The notes under the pieces: model-generated
The model's database searches: none
Told to the model about the DNA's origin: nothing
The model's input: the letters and a program-made list of their open reading frames with translations, nothing else
Shown: one piece after another, positions 41,706 through 54,195 of the stretch
Layout of the letters: every line of letters starts with the position of its first letter
How positions within the stretch are numbered: position 1 is the stretch's first letter
NCBI GenBank assembly: GCA_000182565.2
Contig: KQ257469.1
Reading direction: 5' to 3' (one strand)
Length of the DNA: 63,943 bases
DNA from: Spizellomyces punctatus DAOM BR117
Lineage: Eukaryota
Position numbers and translations under genes: made by a program

Positions 41706-44700
41706 ATGGACAATCCAACGAAGGCCCACCGACCGCGGCAGTCAGGCCCGAAAGCAGAGAAGAAAAACAAGTCTAAGAAGAACGCCGAAAAGAATAACCC
41801 ACAGGTAAGTTTACGTCTAGTGGTATCGAACGATGTCACCCTTTCGCCAACTTCGTTGCCGCTGCTTTGGGGAACAGGCGTTCGCCTCATTCTCCGGAAA
41901 GAAGGCCGATCGTATTATCAGAAGGAACCTCGATAAGGAGCAGCACAAGCTACATGTCCCGCTTGTAGATCGCACGCCGCTCGAGGCCCCGCCTGTGGTT
42001 GTTGCAGTCGTCGGGCCTCCTGGAGTAAGTGCTCCAATATCTGGTCACTGCAGGATTTGTTTTGGCAGGTCATCATTGAAATCCCGGTTTTAGACAGGAA
42101 AGACAACATTGATCAGGTCTCTTGTCAAGCGGTACACGAAGCATAATTTGGCAGATATTAAGGGCCCGATCACTGTCGTTAGCGGCAAACATCGAAGGCT
42201 CACTTTCATCGAGTGCAACAATGACGTAAATTCAATGATAGATATTGGTAAAATTGCAGATTTGGTCCTTCTGCTAATTGACGCGAGCTTTGGGATGGAA
42301 ATGGTAATAGCAGGTGGACATACGATTCTCGATTGACATTATCTTACATCAGGCTTTTCCACCAGGAAACATTTGAATTCTTAAACATCTTGCAAGCTCA
42401 CGGGTTTCCGAAGGTGATGGGAGTTTTGACGCACTTAGATAAATTCAAAGACAATAAAAGGCTGCGGAAGACTAAAAAGCGCTTGAAACATCGCTTTTGG
42501 ACCGAGATCTATCAAGGAGCTAAGCTTTTTTATCTATCCGGTTTGATCAACGGGCGATATCCTAAGAACGAGATTATGAACCTCTCCCGATTCATATCGG
42601 TTATGAAGTTTCGTCCGCTGGTTTGGCGAAATGCCCATCCCTACTTGCTTGCAGATCGTGTTGAGGATCTAACGGACCCAGAAACAGTACGTGGTAACCC
42701 CAAATGTGATCGAACCGTGTCGGTATATGGTTACGCGAGGGGAACAAATCTCAAACCTACACTAAAGGTTAGGTCCTTCGTGATTGGTTATTCGGTTGTT
42801 TACGGGAGTGTAACCGTTCATCAATGTTGCCTCGCTAGGTGCATATTCCTGGAGTTGGTGACCAAAATATCGCGGATATCACCTTGCTGCCTGATCCCTG
42901 CCCTATACCTGACAAAGTTCGGAAGACACTTAATGACAAGCACAAGCTCATCTACGCCCCCATGTCCGATGTTGGTGGAATCTTGTACGATAAAGATGCT
43001 GTATATATCAATGTCCCTGGAACTTTTTCCAGGAAGACGGAAGGAGATGGAGCAGACATTGATAGTAGGGATTGACACTGACAATTCGCTATGAAGACAA
43101 TGCCTAACCAAAGTTCCCTTAACAGGTGATGCCGGTCAAGATCCAGGAGAACGCATGGTGATGGATCTGCAGAATGCGTCGCTGACCTTTGCCGACAAGA
43201 TGCGGCAGAGCGAACTGCGAATCTTCCAATCATCCGCTAGCGTGCGCGGTTACCAAGAAAGCGCGCCATGGAGGGAAGGGAAAGAGGATAGTCAGGACGT
43301 CACGTCCGAAGAATCCGACGATGGAGACCCTGAAGAAATTTACAGTGCAGGAGAAAGTAGTGATGAGAATGAGGACTCGGACCATGTGCTAAGCGATTCA
43401 GAAGAGAGCGACTTGGACAACACCACTGCATCCTGCGATGGTCGAGTTCGACGACGGCTCTCGACAAAGTTGCTTGGGGAAGATACACAGCCAGCGTTCG
43501 AACCAGATGTGGCGTTTGCCGATTCGGACAGTGACCTGGATAGCGAAGAGCTGTACGAAGATGGAAGCGGTTCGATGAGGTGGAAAGAGAGAATACTGGA
43601 AAGAGGAAAGCATGCCTTTTCTGCCAAGCGCCGTGTCAATCTTATGGACCAGGTGTACATTCAGAATGAAGGATCTGACTTGCTATCGGTTGGTTCGGTC
43701 GATCCTGAAGTTGCAGACGAAGGGGGCTTGTTCCACGTTAGAAAGGCGGTGCACACAGACGAACGATCCCTTGCTTTGGTAGACACTTGCAAAATCGAAG
43801 TCGGTCTACAGTCACGGATAGACTCTCCTCATGATGAGTTTCTTTCCTCTATACGCACCCGTTTCGTTACGTCGCAGTCTAATCCCGTCAGTGACATGAA
43901 TCCGGTCGTGGGAGATGAGGAAGAAATATATGGTGACTTTGAGGATCTTGAGAATGGGGAGAATATCGAAATCCCTCATGGAAGCGATGAGCAGCCCACC
44001 CACGTAACACCGGCAGGTGACATGCTTTCTCTAGCAAAAAAGAAGGAAGAGCTCAAGCGGAAGTTTGATGCTGAGTATGACGGCAGCGACGATGAGAACA
44101 ATTCCAACAACGTGTATGAGAGCGTAAAAGAGGATCTGTTGAAACAGCAGGAGATCAACCGAGAAGAATTCTTAAATGAGGATCCACAATTGAGAGCGCA
44201 GTTAGAGGGGTATCGGCCTGGCAGCTATATCCGAGTGATTCTCCATGACGTACCTTGTGAGTTGGTGGAAAATTTCGATCCCACATATCCGGTTGTCGTC
44301 GGAGGATTGTTACCATCTGAAGAGAACTTCGGCTTCATGCAAGTGAGTTTTAAGAGAAATTCCGTTGAATCTTAAAATGTAGGCAGTTCTGACGTCGATC
44401 TTCATCTTAATAGGTGCGCATCAAACGCCATCGCTGGCATAAGAAAATTCTGAAGACGAATGATCCGCTGATCTTCTCTCTTGGGTGGAGACGATTTCAA
44501 AGTATACCCATATATTCTTTGAATGATGGAACGCGCAACAGGATGCTGAAGTACACCCCAGAGCACATGCATTGTCTGGCGACCTTCTATGGTGAATAAG
44601 TACTCTTGGCACTTATAGGGAAAAAAATAATTAAAGACAGTTACCTGTAGGACCAATCACCCCACCGAACACTGGGTTTTGTGCTTTCCAATCAATATCA

Positions 44701-45790
44701 GAAAACATGGTGCGACGCAAAACGTGATGGTCGTTGTTGTTTAGGAAACTATTGTCTTACAGTGTTTCTAGTCAGCATTTCGTCTGAGTGCTACGGGCGT
44801 GGTACTGGATGTTGACAAAAGCACGGAAATCGTGAAGAAGTTGAAACTGACTGGCACGCCTTCAAAAGTGTTCAAGAACACCGCTTTTATCAAAGATATG
44901 TTTACAACGGGATTGGAAGTGGCAAAATTTGAAGGGGCGAGTATTCGAACCGTTAGTGGGATTCGCGGACAGGTTAAAAAACATGTTGGGGTGAGTTACC
45001 AAGGGTGTGTACCCGTATCGGGATCGCTCTTGACCAACCCATTATCGCAGAATCCGGAAGGGACCTTCCGTGCTACTTTTGAAGACAAGATCTTGATGAG
45101 TGGTACGGTCATAAGAATGCGTATCCATTTTGTCTGATGCTAACTTCTCTGCTTTCCAGATATCGTTTTCCTTCGTGCATGGTACCCAGTGAAACCGAAG
45201 AAGTTCTATAATCCTGTGTCTTCCCTGCTGCTTTCGCAGAAGGAGGTGTGGACAGGAATGCGTACCGTGGGTCAATTACGACGGGACGAAGGAATGCGAA
45301 CTCCAGTCAATGCTGACTCGAGATACAAGGTTGGCCATTCGGATCTCCCCGCTGAGAAGATTATATTCATGCTCACTACTATTAATCATAGCCCATTGAG
45401 CGACAAGCGCGCAAATTCAACAAACTGCGCATACCGAAGACGCTTCAAGCTGACCTACCCTTTGCATCCAAACCGAAGCATATGAAAAAGCAGAGTAAAC
45501 CCTCCCTTCTCGCACGACGGGCCGTGGTTCTTGAGCCGCATGAGAAGAAGGTGGCAAATCTTCTGCAGGCTCTCAATACCATCCATAAGGCGAAGGATCA
45601 AAAGCAAAAAGAGAAAAACGCGGTCAAACGCCAACAGTACCTGAAGAAAAAGGAAATCGATGACCAGGCAACAGCACATATACAGAAGGAACGCAGAAAA
45701 GACTTCCACCGAGCTGAGGGGAAAAAGCGGATGCGCGAGGTTACTGTTGCTGAAAAGGCAATGCATAAGAGAGCAAAGGTTAATACATGA
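41706..45790 (+). CDS. BMS1: Ribosome biogenesis GTPase Bms1, spliced
   Basis: [74 protein letters not shown]. Confidence 0.96.
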
Positions 45791-46018
45791 TTGATAGCAT
45801 GTGTTGTTGGCTGTGTGCTCAGATATGTATCCTAATGTTAGAGTAACTTTAATGATTGTAAATACTTACTTGGGTGTGTTGTGACCCCTGTGGCTTTTAA
45901 GGATTATATTAGTGGGATAGGAGCTGTTGTCCCTATCATTTGGTGAAAGTAAATTGTATGCACAGAGCAGCCACTACTGGTACCAATATGGATATAAGGA
46001 ATAACCTATAGTAGTAAT

Positions 46019-46530
46019 TATTGAACTTAGCACTTGGAACACTGATTTCTCATGTAGAAATCACTTCTGAAAGGCCTAGAAATGCCTGTGACCACTAGTA
46101 AGACTTCTGGGTGCAGTAACTTGTAGGATAACACACTTGTATTAATCCTGAGATGTTCAAAAGTCCCCTTTATATAACCCAGTACATTCTCCAGCCTCTC
46201 TCTGCCTTTGTTTGCTGTTTACATGCTTCCGCCCACTTGTTTACATGCTCGGCCATGCTCAGCAATGCTCAGCAGCTTCAGCCATGCCTTGGCAAACCTT
46301 ACCTGAAGATCTAGACCATCACAAACCTTCCAGACCTTCTAAGAGTGCTTACATGATGATTTACCCCTTTAAATCATTCCCACACACATCTGTGATCATT
46401 CTGATTACTCTAAGTCCAATTCCCCATGTTGTAACTCAGCCAAATCAGATGTGAACTGTCTCATGACATCCCAGTATGATCTCACATGATTTATAGATCA
46501 AACAGCATGGTTTAAGCCTGAATCTCAACA
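46019..46530 (-). repeat. Copia-family LTR, inverted, diverged
   Basis: Reverse complement of the LTR at 63305-63817; neither side carries a PPT or PBS. Confidence 0.9.
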
Positions 46531-47344
46531 CACCAGAGCAGAATGGTGTTGCTGAGAGGATGAACAGGATGCTGGTGGAAATGGGAAGGTGCATGCTGCA
46601 CCACAGTGGAGTTAGCTACAAGTTCTGGGGTGAGGCAATCATGACAGTGGTCTATCTCAGGAACAGGAGCCCCACTGCAGCACTCAGCAACCAATCAACA
46701 CCATTTCAAGAGTTTACAGGTGGTAAACCAGATTTCCAGCACCTCAGAGTGTTTGGCTGTGTGGCCTACACTCATATTCCAAAGGAAAAGCAGTCAAAAC
46801 TTGATGAGAAGGCCAAGAAGGCAGTCATGGTCAGCTACAGCACTCAGAGTAAGGCCTACAGACTGTGCGTACCTGAAATGAACCAAGTTGTCATTTCAAG
46901 GGACATCATCTTTGACAAAAACTTGATGTGGAGCACTCAGCAGCAGCTGCAGAGTGTACCACAGCAAGATCAGGAGCTACAGATGCCTCTGGGAGGGGAG
47001 CCTTCGTTCTTGGACAACCAAGAAGGGCTAGGGATGGTTCAAGAGACTCAGAGCCCACCTAGCATCACTCCAGACAACTCTTTAGCATCAGAAGATGATG
47101 GAGACGACTTCCAGGATGCTGAGGAAGTGCCAGAGCTCAGCAGGAAGAGTGCCAGATCCCACAAACCACTGGGAGAGTGGTGGATTGCAAAGCCAACTCA
47201 GTCAAATCTGGCTTTTGTCTTCACCATTGGGGAAGTTCCACAGGAAGAACCCAGCACTCTGGCTGAAGCTAGGACCAGACATGATGCCAAACAGTGGGAG
47301 GCAGCTGTCAAAGCAGAATTTGACCCTCTGATGGAGAATCAGAC
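46531..47344 (+). pseudogene. Copia internal fragment (integrase C-terminal half to just before RT)
   Basis: Near-identical to about 51886-52700, with many transitions; bounded by LTR 5' ends on both sides. Confidence 0.9.
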
Positions 47345-47619
47345 TGTTGAGTATTGAGATCAGGCTTACACCACACTGTATGATCTATAAATCATGTGAG
47401 ATTATGCTGGGATGTCATTAGACAGTTCACATCTGATTTGGCTAAGTTACAACATGGGGAATTGGACTTAGAGTAATCAGAATGATCACAGATGCAGGTG
47501 GGAGTGATTTAAAGGGGTAAATCGCAGTCTTAGAAGGTCTGGAAGGTTTGTGATGGTCTAGATCTTCAGGTAATGTTTGCCAAGGCATGGCTGAAGCTGC
47601 TGAGCATTGCTGAGCATGG
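47345..47619 (+). repeat. Truncated, degenerate copia LTR (U3 part)
   Basis: Starts TGTTGAG, matches the LTR up to the GCTGAGCA repeats, then abuts the gypsy fragment. Confidence 0.85.
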
Positions 47620-48257
47620 GAAGTTCATGACCCATCTGGCTTGTCTTCTGGTCAAGAAGGGCAGGTGCTGTAGCCACTTGAGGGACTGGTGGTCTGAGAT
47701 AACTTTGAAGGGGGTTCCTTCCAAGTAGGGCCTCCAAACTCTGAGGGCATCATGGATGGCTAACAGCTCTTGTTCTCTGGTGTCATATCTGGTCTCTGCT
47801 GGGGCCATCTTCCTGGAGTGGTAGGCAACTGGTCTCATGCCTTTCCCATCATCCTGTCCAAGCCATGCACCAACTGCATAGCCTGAGGCATCAGGGAAGA
47901 CAGTGGTAGGCAAGGCTGGGTCAAAGGGTCTGAGTACAGGGGCTTTGGTGACCATATCCTTCAGCTGCTGAAAAGCTTTCTCCTGAGGTTCAGACCAGGT
48001 CCAGGGCTTGTCATTTCTCAACAGGTCTGTCAATGGTGCAGCTTGCTCTGCCAGGTCCTTCAGAAAACTATGGAAGTAGTTCACCAGGCCCATGAACTGT
48101 CTGACTTCAGTGACACTCTGGGGCTTGGGCCATTATTGAACAGTCTGCACTTTCTTGGGGTCAAGCTTGACTCCTTCATGTGAGACTACATGGCCAAGAA
48201 ACTCTACTTCTTGCTTGAAGAACTGGCACTTGCTGGGGTTGGCATACAGCTTGTTCT
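47620..48257 (-). mobile_element. Ty3/gypsy pol fragment (RT C-terminus, connection, RNase H), pseudogenised
   Basis: KLYANPSKCQF..VEFLGHVV..DPKKV, in-frame TAA, FMGLVNYF, PDASGYAVGA, YHSRKM, EQELLAI, SDHQSL, RQARW. Confidence 0.9.
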
Positions 48258-49709
48258 TATTGAAACTTCGCGCTTGGAACACTGATTTCCCATGTAGAAA
48301 TCACTTCTGAAAGGCCTAGTTATGCCTGTGGCTGCTAGTAAGACTTCTGGGTGCAGTAACTTGTGGGATAACACGCTTGTATTAATCCAGAGACATTCAA
48401 AAGTCCCCTTTATATAACCCAGTACATTCTCCAGCCTCCCTCCGCCTTTGTTTACTGTTTACATGCTTCAGCCCACTTGTTTACATGCTCAGCCATGCTC
48501 AGCAGTGCTCAGCAGCTTCAGCCATGCCTTGGCAAACATTACCTGAAGATCTAGATCATCACAAACCTTCCAGACCTTCTAAGAGTGCTTACATGATGAT
48601 TTACCCCTTTAAATCATTCACACACGCATCTGTGATCATTCTGGTTACTCTAAGTCCAATTCCCCACGTTGTAACTTAGCCAAATCAGATGTGAACTGTC
48701 TAATGACATCCCAGCATGATCTCACATGATTTATAGATCATACAGCGTGGTTTAAGCCTGAATCTCAACACTCCCACTCAGTGAATCATCTGATTTCCAA
48801 CAGAGACCCATTTTACCACAAAGTTTAAGGTGTTTTGTCTTGGGTAGAGCCTTGGTGAGAATGTCAGCCATCACTTCTTCTGTCTGACAGTACTTGAGGC
48901 TGATTTTCTTGTCTTCTACTGCTTGTCTGATGAAGTGGTGCCGCACATCAATATGTTTGGCCCTTGCATGATGTGTTGGGTTGTTGGCAAGTGCCATGGC
49001 GCCCTGATTGTCACCATACAATGTTGTAGGACCACTTTGCTGATGTCCTAGCTCGCCTAGAAGTGTTCTGAACCAGATAACTTCCTTGGTAGCTTGACAA
49101 AGAGCCATGTACTCTGACTCTGTTGATGATAGAGCGACTGTAGGTTGCCTCTTGCTTTGCCAGCTGACTGTGCTGTTGCCAATCTTGACTAAGAAGCCAG
49201 TGGTAGACTTCCTGAAGTCCAAATCACCGCCCCAATCTGCATCAGAGTATGCAGATAGCTCCCACTTGCTCTGAATGCCGCCCAGTTGGAGTCCTAGGTC
49301 TGTGGTGCCATTCAGGTACCGCATGATCCATTTGACTGCTATCCAGTGCTGATGTCCGGGGTTGGAAAGATACTGGCTAACTGATCCAACTGCTGCTGCT
49401 ATGTCTGGTCTGGTGCCCAGCATTGCATAAATGAGACTTCCAACAGCACTTCTGAAAGGAACCTCGTTCATTTCTTGCTGTTCTGCCTCAGTTTGTGGTG
49501 ACATGGCCTTGGTGAGCTTCTGGCCATTCTCTAGTGGTGTGGCAACTGGTTTGCTGTTGCTCATATTGAATTTCTTCAATGTTTGACCGAGGTACCGCTG
49601 TTGGGAGAGCCAGATTGACCTGTTGGCTCTGTCCCTGACCACTTGGATGCCGAGAAAATGCTCTAACTGGCCCATATCAGCCATCTTGAACCGCTTCTTG
49701 AGTTCTTCT
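48258..49709 (-). mobile_element. Inverted copia 3' portion: full 3' LTR (48258-48770) plus PPT and RT end/RNase H (48771-49709)
   Basis: ORF 48752-49684 with YSDADWGG, KHIDVRHHF; interrupted at 49709/49710 by the tandem array. Confidence 0.92.
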
Positions 49710-50064
49710 TGTTGAGATTCAGGCTTAAACCACGCTGTATGATCTATAAATCATGTGAGATCATGCTGGGATGTCATTAGACAGTTCACATCTGATCTGG
49801 CTAAGTTACAACGTGGGGAATTGGACTTAGAGTAACCAGAATGATCACAGATGCGTGTGTGAATGATTTAAAGGGGTAAATCATCATGTAAGCACTCTTA
49901 GAAGGTCTGGAAGGTTTGTGATGATCTAGATCTTCAGGTAATGTTTGCCAAGGCATGGCTGAAGCTGCTGAGCACTGCTGAGCACGGCTGAGCATGTAAA
50001 CAAGTGGGCTGAAGCATGTAAACAGTAAACAAAGGCGGAGGGAGGCTGGAGAATGTACTGGGTT
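49710..50064 (+). repeat. LTR 1, 3'-truncated (TATA, R/U5 and PBS deleted)
   Basis: GTACTGGGTT joined directly to the leader TGACGGCCACACC; about 211 bp missing relative to 58983-59193. Confidence 0.9.
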
Positions 50065-50190
50065 TGACGGCCACACCATCTTCCTGACGCACCTATCTTC
50101 TTCCCAACCTCATATTTGGACCACCTACCATACCAGGATGATTTCACCCCTTCCCCAACAACAAAATCCACTCACCAAATCAGCTCAGAC

Positions 50191-53100
50191 ATGTCAAGCA
50201 CGGACTTGGACACCAAACTCATGATGGAAAAGTTCAATGGTGTGAACTACCACCTCTGGAAGTTCAAAATGACGATGTTGCTGAAGGAAAAGGGGCTGTG
50301 GGGTGTGATTGAGGGGGATGAGAGCATGGAGGGAACCTCTGAGAAGGATTGGAGGAGAAGGGATGAGCGGGCAATGGCTGTAATTGCTCTGTCACTGAGT
50401 GATGCCCAACTCATGCATGTACAGACCGCTGTAACTGCAAAAGAGGCCTGGTTAAAGCTCAGTGACATCCACCAAAGGAAGGGAATTGCCAGTAGGCTCT
50501 ATCTGAGGAGGAAATTTCTCACTCTGAAGATGGAAGATGGCGCTGGGGGCATGCTGGGACACATAAACACGGTCAGGACAATGGCTCAGCAGTTGGAGGC
50601 CATTGGGGCGCCAGTCAGTGAAGAAGACCAAGTCATCACCCTACTCTACAGCCTACCAGAGAGTTATGAACAGCTGGTGGTGTCTTTGGAGGCCAGGAGT
50701 GATTCTCTGACGCTGGAATTCCTCACATCACGGCTTTTGCATGAAGAAACACGCAGAAAGGAAGCTGGGGGTGAAGGAGATAGCAAAGGGAAGGCCTTTT
50801 TCAGCAGGGATGGTGGGCAGAAGGTTGGCAAGCATGGTGGGACCAAGAAGATAGCAGGGAAGTGCTTCTATTGCAACAAGAAGGGTCACTTCAAGAAGGA
50901 CTGCAGGAAGTTTCTGGCGGACACCAAACAACAAGCCAATCAAGCCAGCACCAGTCAGGCAACTCAGAATGAGTTCCTATTCTTTGCTCAGTCGGGAGAT
51001 GACACCAAAACCTCTCAGGGAGCAGTCTGGTGGATTGTGGACTCGGGTGCTTCACAGCACATGTCACACAGGAAGGATTGGATGACCAATTACATGGAGA
51101 TGTCACCAATTCAAGTCCATCTGGCAGACAACAGAACAGTTCAGGCAATAGGGAAGGGCCAGATCACACTTGAGACAGGCAGAAACCGATTCTGTACCCT
51201 CAGAGACGTGTGGTTTGTTCCCAAGCTTGAAAAGAACTTGTTTTCAGTAAGAAGAGCCACTGAAAACGGTGCCAAAGTTGAGTTTGGCAGCAAGGGATGC
51301 TGTATCAAGACTTCAGACAGTCAGGAAGCAATCCAGGGAACTCTAGGTGGCGGTCTATACATGTTTCATGCAAGAGAACATGCAAACATAGCCTCTGGAA
51401 TGAGTTTGGACCTCTGGCATCGCAGGTTAGGACACCTGAACGTCAACAGCATCAAAATCTTGGCTAGGAACCAGCTGGGAAGTGGTCTGGAGGTCAAGAG
51501 TCACACAGAAACATCACCATGCGAAGCCTGTGCCATTGGAAAGATCACCAGGCATCCCTTTCCAAAGGGAGAAGCAGCTAGAGCGGCTCTATTGCTGGGG
51601 GTGGTTCACAGTGATGTGTGTGGGCCCATGAAGACACCAAGTCATGGTGGGGCAAAGTATTTTGTCACATTCATTGATGACAAGTCAAGGATGACAGCAG
51701 TTTATCATTTGAAGGAGAAGAGTGAGGTTCTCAGCAAATTCAAGGAGTTTGAGGCCTGGGCAACCAACTTCACGGGGCAGAAGATCAAAACTCTCAGATC
51801 AGACAATGGGGGAGAGTATGTGGGCGAAGAATTCAAGAAATTCTGCAAACAGAAGGGAATTCAGCAGCAATTCAGCACCCCCTACACACCAGAGCAGAAT
51901 GGTGTTGCTGAGAGGATGAACAGGACGCTGGTGGAAATGGGAAGGTGCATGCTGCACCACAGTGGACTCAGCCACAAGTTCTGGGGCGAGGCAATCATGA
52001 CAGCGGCCTATCTCAGGAACAGGAGCCCCACTGCAGCACTCAGCAACCAATCAACACCATTTCAAGAGTTTACAGGCGGTAAACCAGATCTCCAGCACCT
52101 CAGAGTGTTTGGCTGCATGGCCTACACTCATATTCCAAAGGAAAAGCGGTCAAAACTTGATGAGAAGGCGAAGAAGGCAGTCATGGTCGGCTACAGCACT
52201 CAGAGTAAGGCCTACAGACTGTGGGTACCTGAAGTGAACCAAGTTGTCATGTCAAGGGACGTCATCTTTGATGAAAACTTGATGTGGAGCACTCAGCAGC
52301 GACTGCAGAGTGTACCACAGCAAGACCAAGAGCTACAGATGCCTCTGGGAGGGGAGCCTTCGTTCTTGGATGACCAAGAAGGGCTAGGGACGGTTCAAGA
52401 GACTCAGAGACCATCTAGCATCACTCCAGACAACTCTTCAGCATCAGAAGATGATGGGGACGACTTCCAGGATGCTGAGGAAGTGCCAGAACTCAGCAGG
52501 AAGAGTGCCAGATTTCACAAACCACCGGGAGAGTGGTGGATTGCAAAGCCAACTCAGTCAAACCTGGCTTTTGCCTTCACCATTGGGGAAGTTCCACAGG
52601 AAGAACCCAGCACTCTGGCTGAAGCTAGGACCAGACATGATGCCAAACAGTGGGAGGTGGCTGTCAAAGCAGAATATGACTCTCTGATGGAGAATCAGAC
52701 GTGGGACTTGGTCAAACTACCACCAGGAAGATCCACAGTTGGCTGCAAGTGGGTTTTCAAGCTGAAACTCAAGTCAGATGGCTCTGTAGAGCGCTACAAG
52801 GCCAGACTGGTAGCCAAAGGATACTCCCAAGTTGAAGGACTGGACTACAAGGAGACATTTGCCCCAGTAGTCAAGTTTGCAACCATCAGGACGGTTCTGA
52901 CACTAGCAGCCATGAAGGACATGGAGATTCACCAAATGGATGTCAAAACAGCATTCTTGAATGGGACCATTGAGGAGGACATCTACATGGACCAACCAGA
53001 AGGCTTTGCCACGGCAAAAGGACTTGTCTGCAAGCTAAAGAAGAGTTTGTATGGGTTAAAGCAAGCTCCAAGAGCCTGGAACAAAGTCATTGATGGGCAA

Positions 53101-54195
53101 CTCAAAGAACTTGGCTTTGAAAGGTGTGAATCAGACCACGGGCTGTACATCAACAAGAAGATGGGCATCCACCTAATCCTGTATGTGGATGACCTTATTC
53201 TGGCATCAAAGGACGACCAGGAGTTGTTAAAACTCAAAGAAGAACTCAAGAAGCGGTTCAAGATGGCTGATATGGGCCAGTTAGAGCATTTTCTCGGCAT
53301 CCAAGTGGTCAGGGACAGAGCCAACAGGTCAATCTGGCTCTCCCAACAGCGATACCTCGGTCAAACATTGAAGAAATTCAATATGAGTAACAGCAAACCA
53401 GTTGCCACACCACTAGAGAATGGCCAGAAGCTCACCAAGGCCATGTCACCACAAACTGAGGCAGAACAGCAGGAAATGAATGGGGTTCCTTTCAGAAGTG
53501 CTGTTGGAAGTCTCATTTATGCAATGCTGGGCACCAGACCAGACATAGCAGCAGCAGTTGGATCAATTAGCCAGTACCTTTCCAACCCCGGACATCAGCA
53601 CTGGATAGCAGTCAAATGGATCATGCGGTACCTGAATGGCACCACAGACCTAGGACTTCAACTGGGCGGCATTCAGAGCAAGTGGGAGCTGTCTGCATAC
53701 TCTGATGCAGATTGGGGCGGTGATTTGGACTTCAGGAAGTCTACCACTGGCTTCTTAGTCAAGATTGGCAGCAGCACAGTCAGCTGGCAAAGCAAGAGGC
53801 AACCTACAGTCGCTCTATCATCAACAGAGTCAGAGTACATGGCTCTTTGTCAAGCTACCAAGGAAGTTATCTGGTTCAGAACACTTCTAGGCGAGCTAGG
53901 ACATCAGCAAAGTGGTCCTACAACATTGTATGGTGACAATCAGGGCGCCATAGCACTTGCCAACAACCCAACACATCATGCAAGGACCAAACACATTGAT
54001 GTGTGGCACCACTTCATCAGACAAGCAGTAGAAGACAAGAAAATCAGCCTCAAGTACTGTCAGACAGAAGAAGTGATGGCTGACATTCTCACCAAGGCTC
54101 TACCCAAGACAAAACACCTTAAACTTTGTGGTAAAATGGGACTCTGTCAGAAATCAGATGATTCACTGAGTGGGAGTGTTGAGATTCAGGCTTAA
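50191..54195 (+). CDS. Intact copia Gag-Pol polyprotein (unit 1)
   Basis: Zinc knuckle CFYCNKKGHFKKDC, protease VDSGAS, WHRRLGH..CEAC, integrase HSDVCGP/RSDNGGE/AER, RT YKARLVAKG..YVDD, RNase H SDADW; stop lies inside the next LTR. Confidence 0.96.
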   Translation: MSSTDLDTKLMMEKFNGVNYHLWKFKMTMLLKEKGLWGVIEGDESMEGTSEKDWRRRDERAMAVIALSLSDAQLMHVQTAVTAKEAWLKLSDIHQRKGIASRLYLRRKFLTLKMEDGAGGMLGHINTVRTMAQQLEAIGAPVSEEDQVITLLYSLPESYEQLVVSLEARSDSLTLEFLTSRLLHEETRRKEAGGEGDSKGKAFFSRDGGQKVGKHGGTKKIAGKCFYCNKKGHFKKDCRKFLADTKQQANQASTSQATQNEFLFFAQSGDDTKTSQGAVWWIVDSGASQHMSHRKDWMTNYMEMSPIQVHLADNRTVQAIGKGQITLETGRNRFCTLRDVWFVPKLEKNLFSVRRATENGAKVEFGSKGCCIKTSDSQEAIQGTLGGGLYMFHAREHANIASGMSLDLWHRRLGHLNVNSIKILARNQLGSGLEVKSHTETSPCEACAIGKITRHPFPKGEAARAALLLGVVHSDVCGPMKTPSHGGAKYFVTFIDDKSRMTAVYHLKEKSEVLSKFKEFEAWATNFTGQKIKTLRSDNGGEYVGEEFKKFCKQKGIQQQFSTPYTPEQNGVAERMNRTLVEMGRCMLHHSGLSHKFWGEAIMTAAYLRNRSPTAALSNQSTPFQEFTGGKPDLQHLRVFGCMAYTHIPKEKRSKLDEKAKKAVMVGYSTQSKAYRLWVPEVNQVVMSRDVIFDENLMWSTQQRLQSVPQQDQELQMPLGGEPSFLDDQEGLGTVQETQRPSSITPDNSSASEDDGDDFQDAEEVPELSRKSARFHKPPGEWWIAKPTQSNLAFAFTIGEVPQEEPSTLAEARTRHDAKQWEVAVKAEYDSLMENQTWDLVKLPPGRSTVGCKWVFKLKLKSDGSVERYKARLVAKGYSQVEGLDYKETFAPVVKFATIRTVLTLAAMKDMEIHQMDVKTAFLNGTIEEDIYMDQPEGFATAKGLVCKLKKSLYGLKQAPRAWNKVIDGQLKELGFERCESDHGLYINKKMGIHLILYVDDLILASKDDQELLKLKEELKKRFKMADMGQLEHFLGIQVVRDRANRSIWLSQQRYLGQTLKKFNMSNSKPVATPLENGQKLTKAMSPQTEAEQQEMNGVPFRSAVGSLIYAMLGTRPDIAAAVGSISQYLSNPGHQHWIAVKWIMRYLNGTTDLGLQLGGIQSKWELSAYSDADWGGDLDFRKSTTGFLVKIGSSTVSWQSKRQPTVALSSTESEYMALCQATKEVIWFRTLLGELGHQQSGPTTLYGDNQGAIALANNPTHHARTKHIDVWHHFIRQAVEDKKISLKYCQTEEVMADILTKALPKTKHLKLCGKMGLCQKSDDSLSGSVEIQA

